Shown: positions 23,088 to 37,012 of the stretch, in pieces
Numbering within the stretch: the stretch's first letter is position 1
Layout: every line of letters starts with the position of its first letter
Source of the DNA: Octopus bimaculoides
Lineage: Eukaryota
NCBI RefSeq assembly: GCF_001194135.2
Contig: NC_068988.1
Span: 66,542,188-66,594,489, forward strand
Length of the DNA: 52,302 nt
Reading direction: 5' to 3'
The notes under the pieces: model-generated
What the model was told of the DNA's origin: nothing
The model's database searches: none
What the model saw: the letters and a program-made list of their open reading frames with translations, nothing else
Made by a program: the position numbers and the translations under genes

Positions 23088-23365
23088 CCAGTGCCCCTGG
23101 ACTGGCTCCTGAGCAGGTGGCACATAAAATACACCATTTCGAGCGTGGCTGTTGCCAGTACCGCCTGACTGGCCTTCGTGCCGGTGGCACATAAAAGCAC
23201 CCACTACACTCTCTGAGTGGTTGGCATTAGGAAGGGCATCCAGCTGTAGAAACTCTGCCAAATCAGATTGGAGCCTGGTGTAGCCATCTGGTTTCACCAG
23301 TCCTCAGTCAAATCGTCCAACCCATGCTAGCATGGAAAGCGGACGTTAAACGATGATGATGATGA
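23088..23365 (+). mobile_element. Family A SINE, near-consensus 3' half with (GAT)n tail
   Basis: Nearly identical to 43340-43622 and 29961-30178. Confidence 0.88.
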
Positions 23366-23622
23366 CGATGTCATCATTGTTTTAATGTCAACTTTTCCAT
23401 GCTTGTAAGGGTCAGACAGGATTTGCTGAAGGTTTGCTCTGACTGAATGCCATTCCTGTTGGTAGCCCTTACCTGTTTCCAAACAAAGTAATATTTTCCC
23501 ATAACTAGACATGTTTTACATGGAAGACTGGAAACACAACTTTGCTTATATGCTGACGATGCTCATTTGCTACCATTACATTATACCTAAGCAAGGATAC
23601 ACACAAAACACACAGGCATATA

Positions 23623-23820
23623 TGAAGGGGCGTTGATAAGTTCTTGGCTTTGGGCAAAAGAAAATACAGGAGGAGGAGTTAAGTATGATATTATTCAACA
23701 TATTCTCCTCTCAGATTCATACACTTATTGCAGCAGTCCTTCAAAGAACTTCTAAGGTTGAGCTTTTAGCCAGACCTTTTATGATACCCTTAAAACCAGG
23801 AACTTTTCAGCACGCCCTCG
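23623..23820. mobile_element. mariner-type MITE
   Basis: TA at 23621-23622 and 23821-23822. Imperfect TIRs TGAAGGGGCGTTGATAAGTTCTTGGCTTT / AAAACCAGGAACTTTTCAGCACGCCCTCG. Confidence 0.8.
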
Positions 23821-24119
23821 TACATATATGTTGTATCGATGCCCCCAGGCGAAGAAGTAGGATCTCCCAAGACATATAAATAAAGGTAGTCTGGCCATAG
23901 TAGATGTTTGAGTAGCAGTCGAGTAGCAGTTGTGTAGCGGTTGAGTAGAGATCATACGAAGGTGCTAGATAGCAGTAGCTTGAGACATAACAATATATGA
24001 TGGGCTTCTTTCAGTTTCTATTGGCCAATTGCATTCACAAGGCTTTAGTTAGCCCAGGGCTACAGTGGAAGACACTTGCCCAATGTGCCACACAGTGGAA
24101 CTGAGGACAGATTGTTATC

Positions 24120-24368
24120 TTTATCTTTTATCATTTACTTGTTTCAGTCATCAAACTGTGGCCATTCTGGGGCACTGTCTTGAAGAAATTTTAGTCAAAT
24201 GAGTCAATCCCAGCACTTATAAATTTTCAGAGCTGGGTACCTATTTTATCAATCTTTTTTGCTGAAATGCTAAGTTACAGAGACGTAAACACACCAACAC
24301 CAGTTGTCAAGTGGTGGTGGTGGTGGTGGGGTACAAAAACAGATACAAATACACACACATGTAGATAT

Positions 24369-24405
<37 letters not shown>

Positions 24406-24560
24406 CAATGGGCTTCTTTCAGTCTCTGTCTACCAAATCAACTCACAAGGTTTTTGTTGACCCAAGGCTATTGTAGAAGATACTTGCCCAAACTCCAGTG
24501 CAGTGGGGCTGAACCCAGAACCATGTAGTTGGGAGGCAAACTTCTTACCACACAACCAGG
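24120..24560 (-). mobile_element. Family B SINE
   Basis: CTTTTATCATTTACTTGTTTCAGTCA tail, central microsatellite and ...ACTTGCCCAA...GAACCCAGAACCATG head, all in reverse orientation. Confidence 0.8.
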
Positions 24561-24624
24561 CCTGGTCTGAGTCAGTTCTTTATTTGGAGTTAATGCTCTC
24601 CTATACATGTCTGTGAAGTGCACC

Positions 24625-25130
24625 TTGCAGAAGAGGGTGGCACCATTCCATGGACACTGAATTCATTTTTGGATCATAAAGAAACACTCACATTTCATAT
24701 CCTGTCACTAAATCAGAAGCTTTGGCTTCAAATGCTTCCAGCAGATCAGAGCAAGCTGCCACCATTTTCTCTTTTAAATCAGATGTCAACTGCTGAGGTA
24801 CTTTCCCATACCTGAAGCCTTCAGACAGCTTCTGCAATACATTGTAACCACAGTCCATCTGTGCAGTAAAGTCACAGACTGTGATTCATCAGCTTGCACA
24901 AATCGATTTATCCACTTGCTGACGATTCTATCACTGGTCACACTTGATGATCTCTCATTACATGGTTGGTATTCAATGCTTTTTTACCATTCTTTAACCT
25001 TCCTTACCTATCTGTGCACATTGCTCTTGCCAAATAGTGTCATCTCTGTCAACAACCTTCTGTGGATGCTGGACAGCCTGCGCTACTTCCTTCATCACAA
25101 ACTCAATGATGGCTCATAGCTTCTGCTTGG
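24625..25130 (-). pseudogene. Decayed mariner (Tc1/mariner) transposase, N-terminal half
   Basis: Minus-strand frames give AIIEF, then IHRRL..KSNVHR*VRKVKEW*KSIEYQPCNERSSSV, then GKVPQQLTSDLKEKMVAACSDLLEAFEA..VTGYEM*VFLYDPKMNSVSMEWCHP (WVPxxLT, TGDETW and YDP..SMEW motifs). Confidence 0.82.
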
Positions 25131-25225
25131 AATCCATTATTTGCATTCAATGAAAAAGAACAGGAAGAAGAATAATTATAGAGTAAGAATTACTCTATCA
25201 ACAAATGCAATTTGAATGACGTTAT

Positions 25226-25454
25226 TTTTTCTTTTATTCTTGTACTTGCCTCAGTCATTTGACTGCAGCCATGCTGGAGCACCACCTTAAAGGGTTTTAG
25301 TCAAAGAAATCAACCTTAAGACTTATTCTTTGTAAGCCTAGTACTTATTCTATCGATCTGTTTTGTCAAACCGCTAAGTTATGGGGACAAAAATAGACCA
25401 GCATCAGTTGTCAAGAGGGGGGATAAACACAGACACACACACATAAACACATAC

Positions 25455-25491
<37 letters not shown>

Positions 25492-25657
25492 TATGATGGG
25501 CTTCTTTCAGTTTCTGTCTCCCAAATCCACTTACAAGGCTTTGGTCAGCCTGAGGCAATAGTAGAAGACACTTCTCCAAGGTACCATGCAGTGGGACTGA
25601 ACCCAGAACCATATGGTTGGGAAGAAAGTGTCTTACTGCACAGCCACAGCTGTGCCT
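25226..25657 (-). mobile_element. Family B SINE
   Basis: Same organisation as 38701-39110. Confidence 0.82.
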
Positions 25658-25699
25658 GTTAGTTAATAAAAAGTTACTCTTGCATTTCTTATGGTACAA

Positions 25700-25818
<119 letters not shown>

Positions 25819-25968
25819 ATATTAAACTCTCTCCAAATATCTGATTATATGGATGTGTTCACCCACAAATCTTTACGTAATAAGGAGCTAAATGTAATTG
25901 TAATAGAGTATGTAATGCCAATGAAATGTGTTGATAGTTACTTTCATTTGTTCACTCACTTGTGCATA

Positions 25969-26009
<41 letters not shown>

Positions 26010-27439
26010 CCCCTACAAACATGCATCTTGCAATAGAGAGCAGTGTGAAAGAGAAAGGGAGATGATAGGAGGTCTGAAAGAGTGAGTGATAGTGTGAAGT
26101 GAGGGATTCTGCGATGCGAAGGTATGAAATAAGGTTAATGGATGGTTCAGAAAACATTCTGAACTGTGTAAGAGAGGAAGAGAGATTGTTTGCACGTTTG
26201 ATAGGAAAAAGTTACCTTCCTGTGTCATATCAATTTATAAGGGCCACTTTCCCGGTTTCATGGCATAAATATTCCCCACCTAGATGGGACACCAGTCCGT
26301 CGCAGGATTACTCATTTTTGCCGGTTGAGTGAACTGGATAAACATGAAATGCAATGTTTTGCTCAGGAACACAACACATTCCTCGGTCCAGGAATCGAAA
26401 CCACTATCTTACATTCATGGGTCCAGCACTCTAACCACCAAGCCACACACCTCTATTGCATGTATGATGGGGAGGTAGTGTTGTATAATGAGAGAAGAAT
26501 GTAGAACAGTAGTGGCGGTGGTGGTGGTGGGGGTCTACAGTTATATTTAATCTTTGGTCAATGCAAACCAACTAAAAAAACCCAAATTTTGTAATTAGTG
26601 GTACTAATGAGTTTAAGATAAAATTATAGCTGCTCAGCTATTGATATAACTCATGATGAAGATTGTGTTAACAGGAGTGGTTGAAGTGATGGTAGTATTA
26701 ATGGTGAGGATGGTAGTGGTGTTGATGATGTTAGTAGAAGTGACACATGGGTGGTGATGGTGATAATATCTGTGAAAACTAACTAACAAGAATATAACGC
26801 AGAGCAACTAACATGACCATTATCAATTTCTGCTTCTGTTTCTTGTTGTTCAGCCCTAGGACAGACCTAATTGAACAAAGCTATGATCAAAAGTATTCCT
26901 GCCATGACCACACCATCTACATTTTACACACTATGTACTTTAAGGACCATATTGTAAAATCATCCATCTTCTCTGAAGACAGTACTGTGTGATTTAAGGG
27001 TAATTTCATTGCTATTTCTGGCAGTTACAGGCTTCTTTGCTGGCTACTATTTATTTATGCTTATGTGTGGTGATTGAGATGATGACGATGATGACGAGAG
27101 TGCAGCAACTGTTGCCATGGTCACAACAGTTGTCATTGCAAATCAAAATATTTGGACATTGATAACAAAATATTTGATGACCAAACTTACTCCTGTAGTT
27201 ACTTCTGTTGCCAATGAGACAATGAGAAAGTTTGTATGTGGTCACTTGACCTACTAGATGTAATAGCTAAATCTTGATCAAACCATACACACATCCCTGC
27301 TACTGTTTAAAGCAAACAAGGAAGATGGTATTGGTTGAAGTAGTTTATAGATACACTAGATGGGATCGCCACGACTGGAACACTTTTGATCAAAGTTGAC
27401 CTGGGGTTAAAGAACTATAGATGCTATTGCTTTTGTTCT

Positions 27440-27830
27440 TTTATTCTTTTATTTGTTTCAGTCATTCACTGTGGCCATGCTGGAGCACAACCTAAAAGGG
27501 TTATTTTAGTTGAAGAAATTGACCCCAGTACTTTTCTTTTAAGCCTAGTACTTCTACCAGTCTCTTTTGCTGAACCACTAAGTTACAGGGATGTAAACAT
27601 ACCAACACCAACACCAACTATCAAGTGGTGATGGGGGGGGGGATGAACACAGACACAAAGATATATACATATATATAAGATGAGCTTCTTTCAGTTTCCA
27701 TCTACCAAATCCACTCACAAGTCTTTGGTCAGCCAACTATTGTAGAAAACACTTGCCCAAGGTGCCACACAGTGGGACTGAACCAAAAACCATGTGGTTG
27801 GGAAGCAAGCTTCTTACCACATAGCCACAT
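27440..27830 (-). mobile_element. Family B SINE
   Basis: Same organisation as 38701-39110. Confidence 0.82.
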
Positions 27831-27851
27831 GTTGCTATTATCCACACTGTG

Positions 27852-28160
27852 AAGGTACATGGCTTAGTGGTTAGGGTATATGGCTCACAATCGTAAGGTC
27901 ATGATTTCGACTCCCAACAGCTTATTGTATCCTTGAGCAAGGCACTTTATTTTACATTGTTCCAGTCCACACAGATGGTGAAATTGAATTGTTCTTATAA
28001 TTCAAATGCCCAGCCTTGTCACATTCGGTATATCATGCTGAATCTTCCTGAGAACTACATTAAGAGTACATGTATCTGTGAAATGCTTAGACACTTGTAC
28101 ATTAATTTCATGAGCATGCTGTTCAGTTGATCATATCACCTGGAATTCTCGTCATCATAA
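27852..28160 (+). mobile_element. Chimeric SINE: family E head joined to the family C central and tail region
   Basis: The head GAAGGTACATGGCTTAGTGGTTAGGG..CCTTGAGCAAGGCACTTTATT joins TTCAAATGCCCAGCCTTGTCACA..GAGAACTACATTAAG..TTAATTTCATGAGC, which is family C sequence. Confidence 0.7.
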
Positions 28161-29240
28161 TCAACGAACAGCCAGACAGATTGGGGTCAGGGGGATAGGC
28201 AGGATATTATCCACACCACCAGTACCACTACCAGTAACAACACCACTAACACCAACACTACGCCACCGTCTTCAACTCCACATACTCAATACCAACAATA
28301 TCTCAGTCATACAATCACCAACACTACACAACCACCACCAAATTCTTCCTTCATACCAAGTCTCATCAAAATTGAAGAGGTAATTGTAATACTGGTTCAA
28401 AATTTTGGCACAAGACCAACAATTTCAGGGGAGAGACTTAGTCAATTAAATCGACCTCAGTTCTCAACTGATACTTATTTTATCGACCCCAAAGGGAAGA
28501 AAGGTAAACTCAACCTTTGTAGAATCTAAACTTAGATTGTAACAATGGACGAAATGCCGCTAAGCCTTTTGCCCGTGCAGAAATGATTATCTGCCTTAGG
28601 TAACTGTGATATTGGTTTCCAATTTTTGGCACAATGCCAGCAAGTTCAGGGAAGCAGTTAAGTCAATTACATCAATACCAGTGTTCAACTGGTACTTTAT
28701 TTTATTGACCCCAAAAGGATGAAAGGCAAAGGCGACGTCAGCAGATTTTGAACTCAGAATGTAATGACAGATGAAATGCTGTTACACATTTTTGCCTAGC
28801 AGGATAATGATTCTGCCTGCATGCTGCCTTAGGTAATTGTAATATTATGTAATTTTATTGGGTAATCTGTCCTGAAAGCACTCACTGCTTCCACATCTGA
28901 AACATTATAAGCAACAATCAAAGAAAGAATTCTGCACTGATTAGCATAGAATTGCTAACCATCATATTCCAGCATTTGGTCCATAGAGATTGCAATTTGC
29001 TCTCTTTTACCACACCATCTGTCAACATGGTTGAGCAACTAATCCCAACCAGTCAGGATATCACTGAAAAGTCAGAGGCTACTGTGGTCATCTCAGAAAT
29101 GATCTCTTCCCAATTATATGGTTCTGGTTTCAGTCCCACTGCATGACTCCTCGGGCAAGTGTCTTTTACTATAGTATAGAGCAAACCAAAGCATTGTAAG
29201 AAGGTTTGTTCAATGGAAACCAAAGAAGCTTGTCGTACAT

Positions 29241-29282
<42 letters not shown>

Positions 29283-29289
29283 ATACTAC

Positions 29290-29423
29290 TTTTATTAAAG
29301 CTGCGAAATTTTTACAAAACTGTTACTCAGAGTTTCATTTTCTCGTTTTTCGGACAACTGTCCAACAAACTGAAATGTGAAACTGAATAACAGTTTTGTG
29401 AAAATTTTACAGCTCTAATAAAA
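29290..29423. mobile_element. Short palindromic MITE or fold-back with about 50-bp inverted arms
   Basis: TTTTATTAAAGCTGCGAAATTTTTACAAAACTGTTACTCAG versus the reverse complement of CTGAATAACAGTTTTGTGAAAATTTTACAGCTCTAATAAAA. Confidence 0.7.
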
Positions 29424-29960
29424 ACTTATTACTCTACCCTTGGTATTTGAGTACTAATTTTTTTCCACCTTGTGTTGCATTTATGNNNNNNNNNNNNNNN
29501 NNNNNNNNNNNNNNNNNNNNNNNNNNNNNNNNNNNNNNNNNNNNNNNNNNNNNNNNNNNNNNNNNNNNNNNNNNNNNNNNNNNNNNNNNNNNNNNNNNNN
29601 NNNNNNNNNNNNNNNNNNNNNNNNNNNNNNNNNNNNNNNNNNNNNNNNNNNNNNNNNNNNNNNNNNNNNNNNNNNNNNNNNNNNNNNNNNNNNNNNNNNN
29701 NNNNNNNNNNNNNNNNNNNNNNNNNNNNNNNNNNNNNNNNNNNNNNNNNNNNNNNNNNNNNNNNNNNNNNNNNNNNNNNNNNNNNNNNNNNNNNNNNNNN
29801 NNNNNNNNNNNNNNNNNNNNNNNNNNNNNNNNNNNNNNNNNNNNNNNNNNNNNNNNNNNNNNNNNNNNNNNNNNNNNNNNNNNNNNNNNNNNNNNNNNNN
29901 NNNNNNNNNNNNNNNNNNNNNNNNNNNNNNNNNNNNNNNNNNNNNNNNNNNNNNNNNNNN

Positions 29961-30178
29961 GCACATAAAAGACACCATTTCGAGCGTGGCCGTTTTCGTG
30001 CGGGTGACACGTAAAAGCACCCACTACACTCTCTGAGTGGTTGGCGTTAGGAAGGGCATCCAGCTGTAGAAACTCTGCCAAATCAGACTGGAGCCTGGTG
30101 TTTCACCAGTCCTCAGTCAAATCGTCCAACCCATGCTAGCATGGAAAGCGGACGTTAAACGATGATGATGATGATGAT
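29961..30178 (+). mobile_element. Family A SINE 3' portion
   Basis: Core plus GGAAAGCGGACGTTAAACGATGATGAT tail. The 5' part is lost in the gap at 29486-29960. Confidence 0.85.
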
Positions 30179-31013
30179 ATATATATATATATATATATAT
30201 ACTTATGTGTATATATGTATATATGTATATATACATACATACTTTTTATCCTTTCAATCGCTGAATATAAAGATGGCTCCTATGACATCCATTTGAGTGA
30301 TTTTCTTCAGTCATTACCTCATCCATGTATGCCAGTCTGAATACATCTACAACTGACTGAACTGGAACAATAAGAAATGAAGTGTTTTGCCAGTCTGGGA
30401 TTACTCAATTGTGAGTGCCAAACCCTAACCACAAGGCCATCTTTGTTCTTGGTTTTGTGTCACCTACTCCAACTGCACATTTATTTTCTGGCAGACATCA
30501 TTTGCTACAGTTCAAAGAAATCATTAGCGGCATTAATTTCACTGGTCTTGGAGGACTCAGAAAGCCAATGGCACTGTGCCTTCCGCTGGATTTAACCAAT
30601 AAACAAACAAAAAACAAAATCATCACTCTAATCATTACTATTGTCACTCTTACTGCCACCACCACCACTTTTATTACCACTACCATCACCATAATCACCA
30701 TTGCCACTCCCACCATTACCACCATCGCCATAATTTCTAACACCACCATCACTATCACAACTGAAATCATAATTAACATTACCATCATTCTGACTATCAT
30801 CACTACCACCACCACCACCACCACCATTCTCCATCACACCCATACACAATTCCTCCATTTACAACCCTGTCTCTATGTTGAATAGATATTTATAAATCAC
30901 TTCAAGAACGTTTGCCTGTATGTCTTTGTGCTTGTATGAGTGTGTGTGTGTGTGTGTGTGCGTGCCTGTATATGTATACACAAATGTGCAATTGTATTTG
31001 GGTATATGTGTAC

Positions 31014-31046
<33 letters not shown>

Positions 31047-31461
31047 NNNNNNNNNNNNNNNNNNNNNNNNNNNNNNNNNNNNNNNNNNNNNNNNNNNNNN
31101 NNNNNNNNNNNNNNNNNNNNNNNNNNNNNNNNNNNNNNNNNNNNNNNNNNNNNNNNNNNNNNNNNNNNNNNNNNNNNNNNNNNNNNNNNNNNNNNNNNNN
31201 NNNNNNNNNNNNNNNNNNNNNNNNNNNNNNNNNNNNNNNNNNNNNNNNNNNNNNNNNNNNNNNNNNNNNNNNNNNNNNNNNNNNNNNNNNNNNNNNNNNN
31301 NNNNNNNNNNNNNNNNNNNNNNNNNNNNNNNNNNNNNNNNNNNNNNNNNNNNNNNNNNNNNNNNNNNNNNNNNNNNNNNNNNNNNNNNNNNNNNNNNNNN
31401 NNNNNNNNNNNNNNNNNNNNNNNNNNNNNNNNNNNNNNNNNNNNNNNNNNNNNNNNNNNNN

Positions 31462-31513
<52 letters not shown>

Positions 31514-32169
31514 ATATAAGTATGTATGTATGTATTCTATTAAGTCATTAGACAATCTGATAAAATGCCTTGTGGTATTTATTCTGGAATTTCAGGTTCA
31601 GAGTTCAAATGTGGCCATGAGGTCAATTTTGCTTTTCATCTTTCTAAAGCATATAAAATAATGTATTGATCAAGTAGTGGAGATTTTTACTTGACTTATT
31701 TCCATCCCCTACTTTTCAGGACTTGTACCTCTCCTAAATACTTTTATCTTTTCTTTTCTTCTCACATGTTTCAATCATGAGACCGCGGCCATACTGGGGC
31801 ACCACTTTAAAGAAATTTTACACACACACATATGTGGGAGTGTGTATATGTATATGTGTTTGTGTGTGTGAATGTGTGTGTGTGTGTGTGTGTATGTGTG
31901 TGTGTGTGTGTGTGTATCTTTTATCTTTTAGATGTTTCAGTCATTTGACTGTGTCCATGCTGATGCACTGCCTTGAGAAATATTTAGTTGAACATATCAG
32001 CCCCAGGACATTCCTTTTTTGTTTTAAAGCGTAGTATTTGTTCTATTGGTGTCTTTTGCTGAACTGTTAGGTTACAGGGATGTAAACAACCAGCACCAGT
32101 CGTCAGATAGTGGTGGAGGACAAGCACAGGCACAAAGACACATATATACATACATATATATATACATAT

Positions 32170-32216
<47 letters not shown>

Positions 32217-33691
32217 ACAGGCTTTTTTATTTCCATCTACCAAATTCACTCGCAAGGCTTTGGTCAGAGGATACTTGCCCAAGATGCCATGAAGTGGGAC
32301 TGAACTCAGGACCATGTTGTTTGAGAAGCAAGCTTCTTACCACACAGCCATGCCTGTATCCCTTATCATACAGCCACACCTGTATATGTATATATCTATG
32401 TGTGCAAATATGTATATCTATGTGTGTGTGCACGTGTATGCACTTGTGTTTGTTCTCTACCACTTCTTGCCAATCAGTATTTTTTTTTGTTTAGGTCCTC
32501 ATAGCTTAGTAGTTTGGCAAAAAGAGACTGATAGAATATGTACCAGATTTAAACAAAAAGTACCTCAATGTATCTGGTTAATCCTTTCAAGGAAGTGCCT
32601 CAGCCTGACCAAAATCTAATTATTGAAACAACTAAAGGATAAAAGATAAAAAAAAGATAATCCAGAGTTAGATGAAACAAAATCATCCTGAAAGCAACAG
32701 CAAGAGTGACAGATGTGCATTTCACTGTTCTTGCAGCTTGTCAATGCCATGCATTTGAGGCACTTCTCACATGAAGTAACTTTAGCCAGTCTGCAGTAAA
32801 TAAAACCAGTGAATAAACAATTCATTTCTTTTCCAATAAAGCTGACAGGTTGAATAACATTTTAATTATTTCAGTATTTTATTTCACATGTCATCTTTTT
32901 TTCAGTCGTGTATATTTAGTTTGAAACAATGAAGTGTGTGGATTTATTGATGTTCCAACACCTTCCTGTTTCTCATTTTCTAGAGTGAAGTGAATCAAGC
33001 AGCAATTGCTATCTGTGGCACATTGAAAATGAGAATCATATAATATTCATACATAATTGATATATCTGTTTGTCATTGAGAATTGCTGGAATATAATTGG
33101 TTATTGTGGTATACTCAGCCACTTATTCTGAAATTAAATGTGTAGGTATGTCACATGATTAAACCTCTGAAATTCACATTGTCAGAATCAATAAATCAGT
33201 TACACACACACAAAAGCTTTATATTCAGGTCCATTGCGTGACATCCTTGGACAAATGCCTTCTACTACAGCCTTGGATCAACCAATGCCTTGTGAATGAA
33301 ATTTGATAGAAAGAAACTGAATAGAAGTCAATACTCTTGAAGGCAATACTCCTACAAGAGCTTCATCCCAGTTGCAGAACACATAGATTTATCAATATAT
33401 ATGTCAAAACTGTATTTGTTGCCAATTATATAATAGAGTTGATTTCAATTGACTTAACACTCACCATTCTTCCTACAAGTTCCTGACCCTGACCTACTCT
33501 ATACGGTAAATGACCTTGACCAGAACATCACATAGCTTTATCTGTTACACCTGGTCGTGAACCAGCTGGATGCTGTTAAACACAGAAATCTGTTGTTCCT
33601 GTACCAGAATCTTGGTTTCCAATCTCAGCTACTACCATTAGTCATTTTACAAATGCTATGGAATGTACATGTTATTGTATTGGTGTTGTTG

Positions 33692-33771
<80 letters not shown>

Positions 33772-34752
33772 GAGGTGGTGAGCTGGTAGAATCGTTAGCA
33801 CGCTGAGCAAAATGCTTCATGGCATTTCATCCATCTTTATGTTCTGAATACAAATTCCACCGAGGTTGACTTTACCTTTCATACTTTCAGGGTCGGTAAA
33901 TTAAGNNNNNNNNNNNNNNNNNNNNNNNNNNNNNNNNNNNNNNNNNNNNNNNNNNNNNNNNNNNNNNNNNNNNNNNNNNNNNNNNNNNNNNNNNNNNNNN
34001 NNNNNNNNNNNNNNNNNNNNNNNNNNNNNNNNNNNNNNNNNNNNNNNNNNNNNNNNNNNNNNNNNNNNNNNNNNNNNNNNNNNNNNNNNNNNNNNNNNNN
34101 NNNNNNNNNNNNNNNNNNNNNNNNNNNNNNNNNNNNNNNNNNNNNNNNNNNNNNNNNNNNNNNNNNNNNNNNNNNNNNNNNNNNNNNNNNNNNNNNNNNN
34201 NNNNNNNNNNNNNNNNNNNNNNNNNNNNNNNNNNNNNNNNNNNNNNNNNNNNNNNNNNNNNNNNNNNNNNNNNNNNNNNNNNNNNNNNNNNNNNNNNNNN
34301 NNNNNNNNNNNNNNNNNNNNNNNNNNNNNNNNNNNNNNNNNNNNNNNNNNNNNNNNNNNNNNNNNNNNNNNNNNACCACCACCACCACCACCACCATCAT
34401 CATCAACATCATCATCATTATTATTATTTGTGTAGTCAACTGGCAGATTTGTTAAGAGCATCAGGGAAATACTTTGCAGTATTTGTTCCAGCTCCTTACA
34501 TTTTGATTTCAAACCCTGCCAGGGTCAACTTTGTCTTCAATTTTATTTTTCATTGTCACTAAAATAAAGAACCAGTCAAGTACTGAAGATAATGTATTGA
34601 CTAACCACTTCCTCCAAATTCCAGGCCTTGTGACTATACTAAAAATGGAGACAATCTTTCTAGAACTAAGGTCATGAAAAATTCACCCATCACACTTTGA
34701 CAAGTTGTTAGTGGATGAGGTGGGGTTTTAGTCATGTCATACTGTGTCAAGG

Positions 34753-35139
34753 GTGTGGAGGCGCAATAGCCCACTGTTTAGGGCAGCGGGCTCGCGGTCA
34801 TAGAATCGCGGTTTCGGTTCCCAGACTGGGCGTTGTGAGTGTTTATTGAGCAAAAACACCTAAAGCTCCACAAGGTTCCGGCAGGGGATGGTGGCGAACC
34901 CTGCTGTACTCTTCCACCACAACTTTCTCTCACTCTTTCTTCCTGTTTCTGTTGTACCTGCATTTCAAAGGGTCAGCCTTGTCACACTGTGTCACGCTGA
35001 ATATCCCTGAGAACTACATTAAGGGTACACGTGTCTGTGGAGTGCTCAGCCACTTGCACGTTAATTTCACGACCAGGCTGTTCCGTTGATCAGATTAACT
35101 GGAACCCTCGACGTCATAAGTGACGGAGTGCCAACAACA
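34753..35139 (+). mobile_element. Full-length family C SINE
   Basis: tRNA-like head GGAGGCGCAATAGCCCACTGTTTAGGGC...GGTTTCGGTTCCCAG and a (CAA)n tail. Perfect 12-bp TSD ACTGTGTCAAGG at 34741-34752 and 35140-35151. Confidence 0.92.
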
Positions 35140-35561
35140 ACTGTGTCAAGGACTTTTCAATCGCACAAGTTTCAGTACCATGAAAAAAATTCACACAGTA
35201 CACCCTGAAAAGTCGTTGGCGAGAGAAAGGACATCCAAACAAAGAAACCAAAGCAAACACACAAGTACCAGCTTATGTGATCAGTGGCTCCCTATAAGAA
35301 ATGACTTGTATAACCCATGTCAGCATGTAAAGCAGATGTAAAATATGAGAGTAAGTGGTTTAGTGACTTGAGTGTTGCAGTCATGATCACGAGATTCTGG
35401 GTTTAATTCATGGTTTGAGCGGTGCATTGAGTTCTTGAGCAAAACTCTTCATCTCATGTTGCTCTCAGACCACTTTGACATTTGATGTGTGGCACACTGC
35501 ACTAGTACAGATAATGTCAATTTTATGGAGGGAATGAGCTTGTGAGCAGCACAAACATTTG

Positions 35562-35815
35562 ATCATCATCATTATCATCATTATCGTTTAATGTCCACTT
35601 ACCATGCTGGCATGGGTTGGATGGTTTGACATGGAGCTGGCTAGCATGAAGTTATCCAAACTCCAACTGTCTGGTGTGGTTTGGTATCTATGGCTGGATG
35701 CCTTTCCTAATGCCAACCACTTAGCAGAGTGTACTGGGTGCTTTTTACATGCCTCCAGCTCAGGTGCATTAATGCAGCACTGGTATGGATGCTTTTTAAA
35801 TGGCACCAACACCAG
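35562..35815 (-). mobile_element. Family A SINE 3' portion
   Basis: (ATC)n, CCATGCTGGCATGGG and GGATGCCTTTCCTAATGCCAACCAC in reverse orientation. Confidence 0.8.
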
Positions 35816-36964
35816 AAAGAAGAAGCCTGTATGTATGGAAGACAACAATTTTACTTAGCTTGCACAATAAACAAATTATCTATGCTGGTTGTTCAGCAAC
35901 CTTCTTTCTTGGACTATGAGAGACAGCTATTAAATATTTTATGGTACACATGTTATCACTGTATTTTCACAAAGACATGATCATCAAAACTTCTTATTTA
36001 CTATTTCTATAATGCAAGATGTTTCTTGCTTTTGAAAAAAAAGGAGAACATAGACCAAACAGGCAGATAATAGCTGTTGTTTATCAACTCTGGACAAGTC
36101 CTGAATAAGCAGAAATATAATCAAAGCAACCCAAGCATGAACATCCTGTTGTTATTTCAAGCAGCATATTTAGAACTATGATAAGCAATGTGCCCCTTTT
36201 TAAAGCAACAGGATACGATTTGTAGGAGATTTACTTAAATTCTTTAACAAGTTGAATAATCACATGGATTTGCATGAAGTCACAATGTCCTACTAACTTT
36301 CACCTTCACACATACACACGATCAATAATGTATCACTTAACCTAAGGCAGTAAGTCTATACTTTACTGAGGAAGTTTAATGAAACTGAAACATGTCTGCA
36401 GTTGTCACTCCTCTCCAAAAACCACACTCCCCACTCCATCACTCGTCACTCAACTACCTAAGTCTTTTCTTCCAGCAGGCCTGCATTCTATTTTAATTTA
36501 TACTCCCATGTTATTCTGTTATCTTATTTTACCAAAATTAATCATTAAACTAATTACTTTCTCTAATCGCTACAAATAATTAATTAAAATTGCTCACTGC
36601 ATATGTCAGCAAGCAACCTGGAGTATTCCTTTTAGTCTTCAATAACATAACAGTTGAGCTACTGAGTGGTCCTCTTTCTGATCACTCAACTGCTGGAAAC
36701 AACATCTAAATCAGTTACACATCCAGCTGTCTAAACAATAAAGACAATCCACATTGGACGATATAATTCTACATTACACATTGTTCGGAATACAAAATGA
36801 AAAGGTCATGGCTGGAATACTTTTGATCAGAAGTCTGCTCAGTCAGAGATGACCTAGGACTAAATAACAACTGGCTTTTTTCAACTCCACACAGCAGGAG
36901 AGGAATTTTAAAGGGTTAACTCAGCTCCATACAATTGTCTTGTATGCCATACACACACGTGTAC

Positions 36965-37012
<48 letters not shown>

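Noticed and set aside
30415-30885. Thr/Ile-rich, His/Pro-rich, poly-Leu, poly-Asn and CV/HT/YI repeat ORFs (also 33557, 37547, 40778, 43798, 45545, 47810 and 50285)
   Set aside because: Translations of di- and trinucleotide microsatellites with no splice or domain support.
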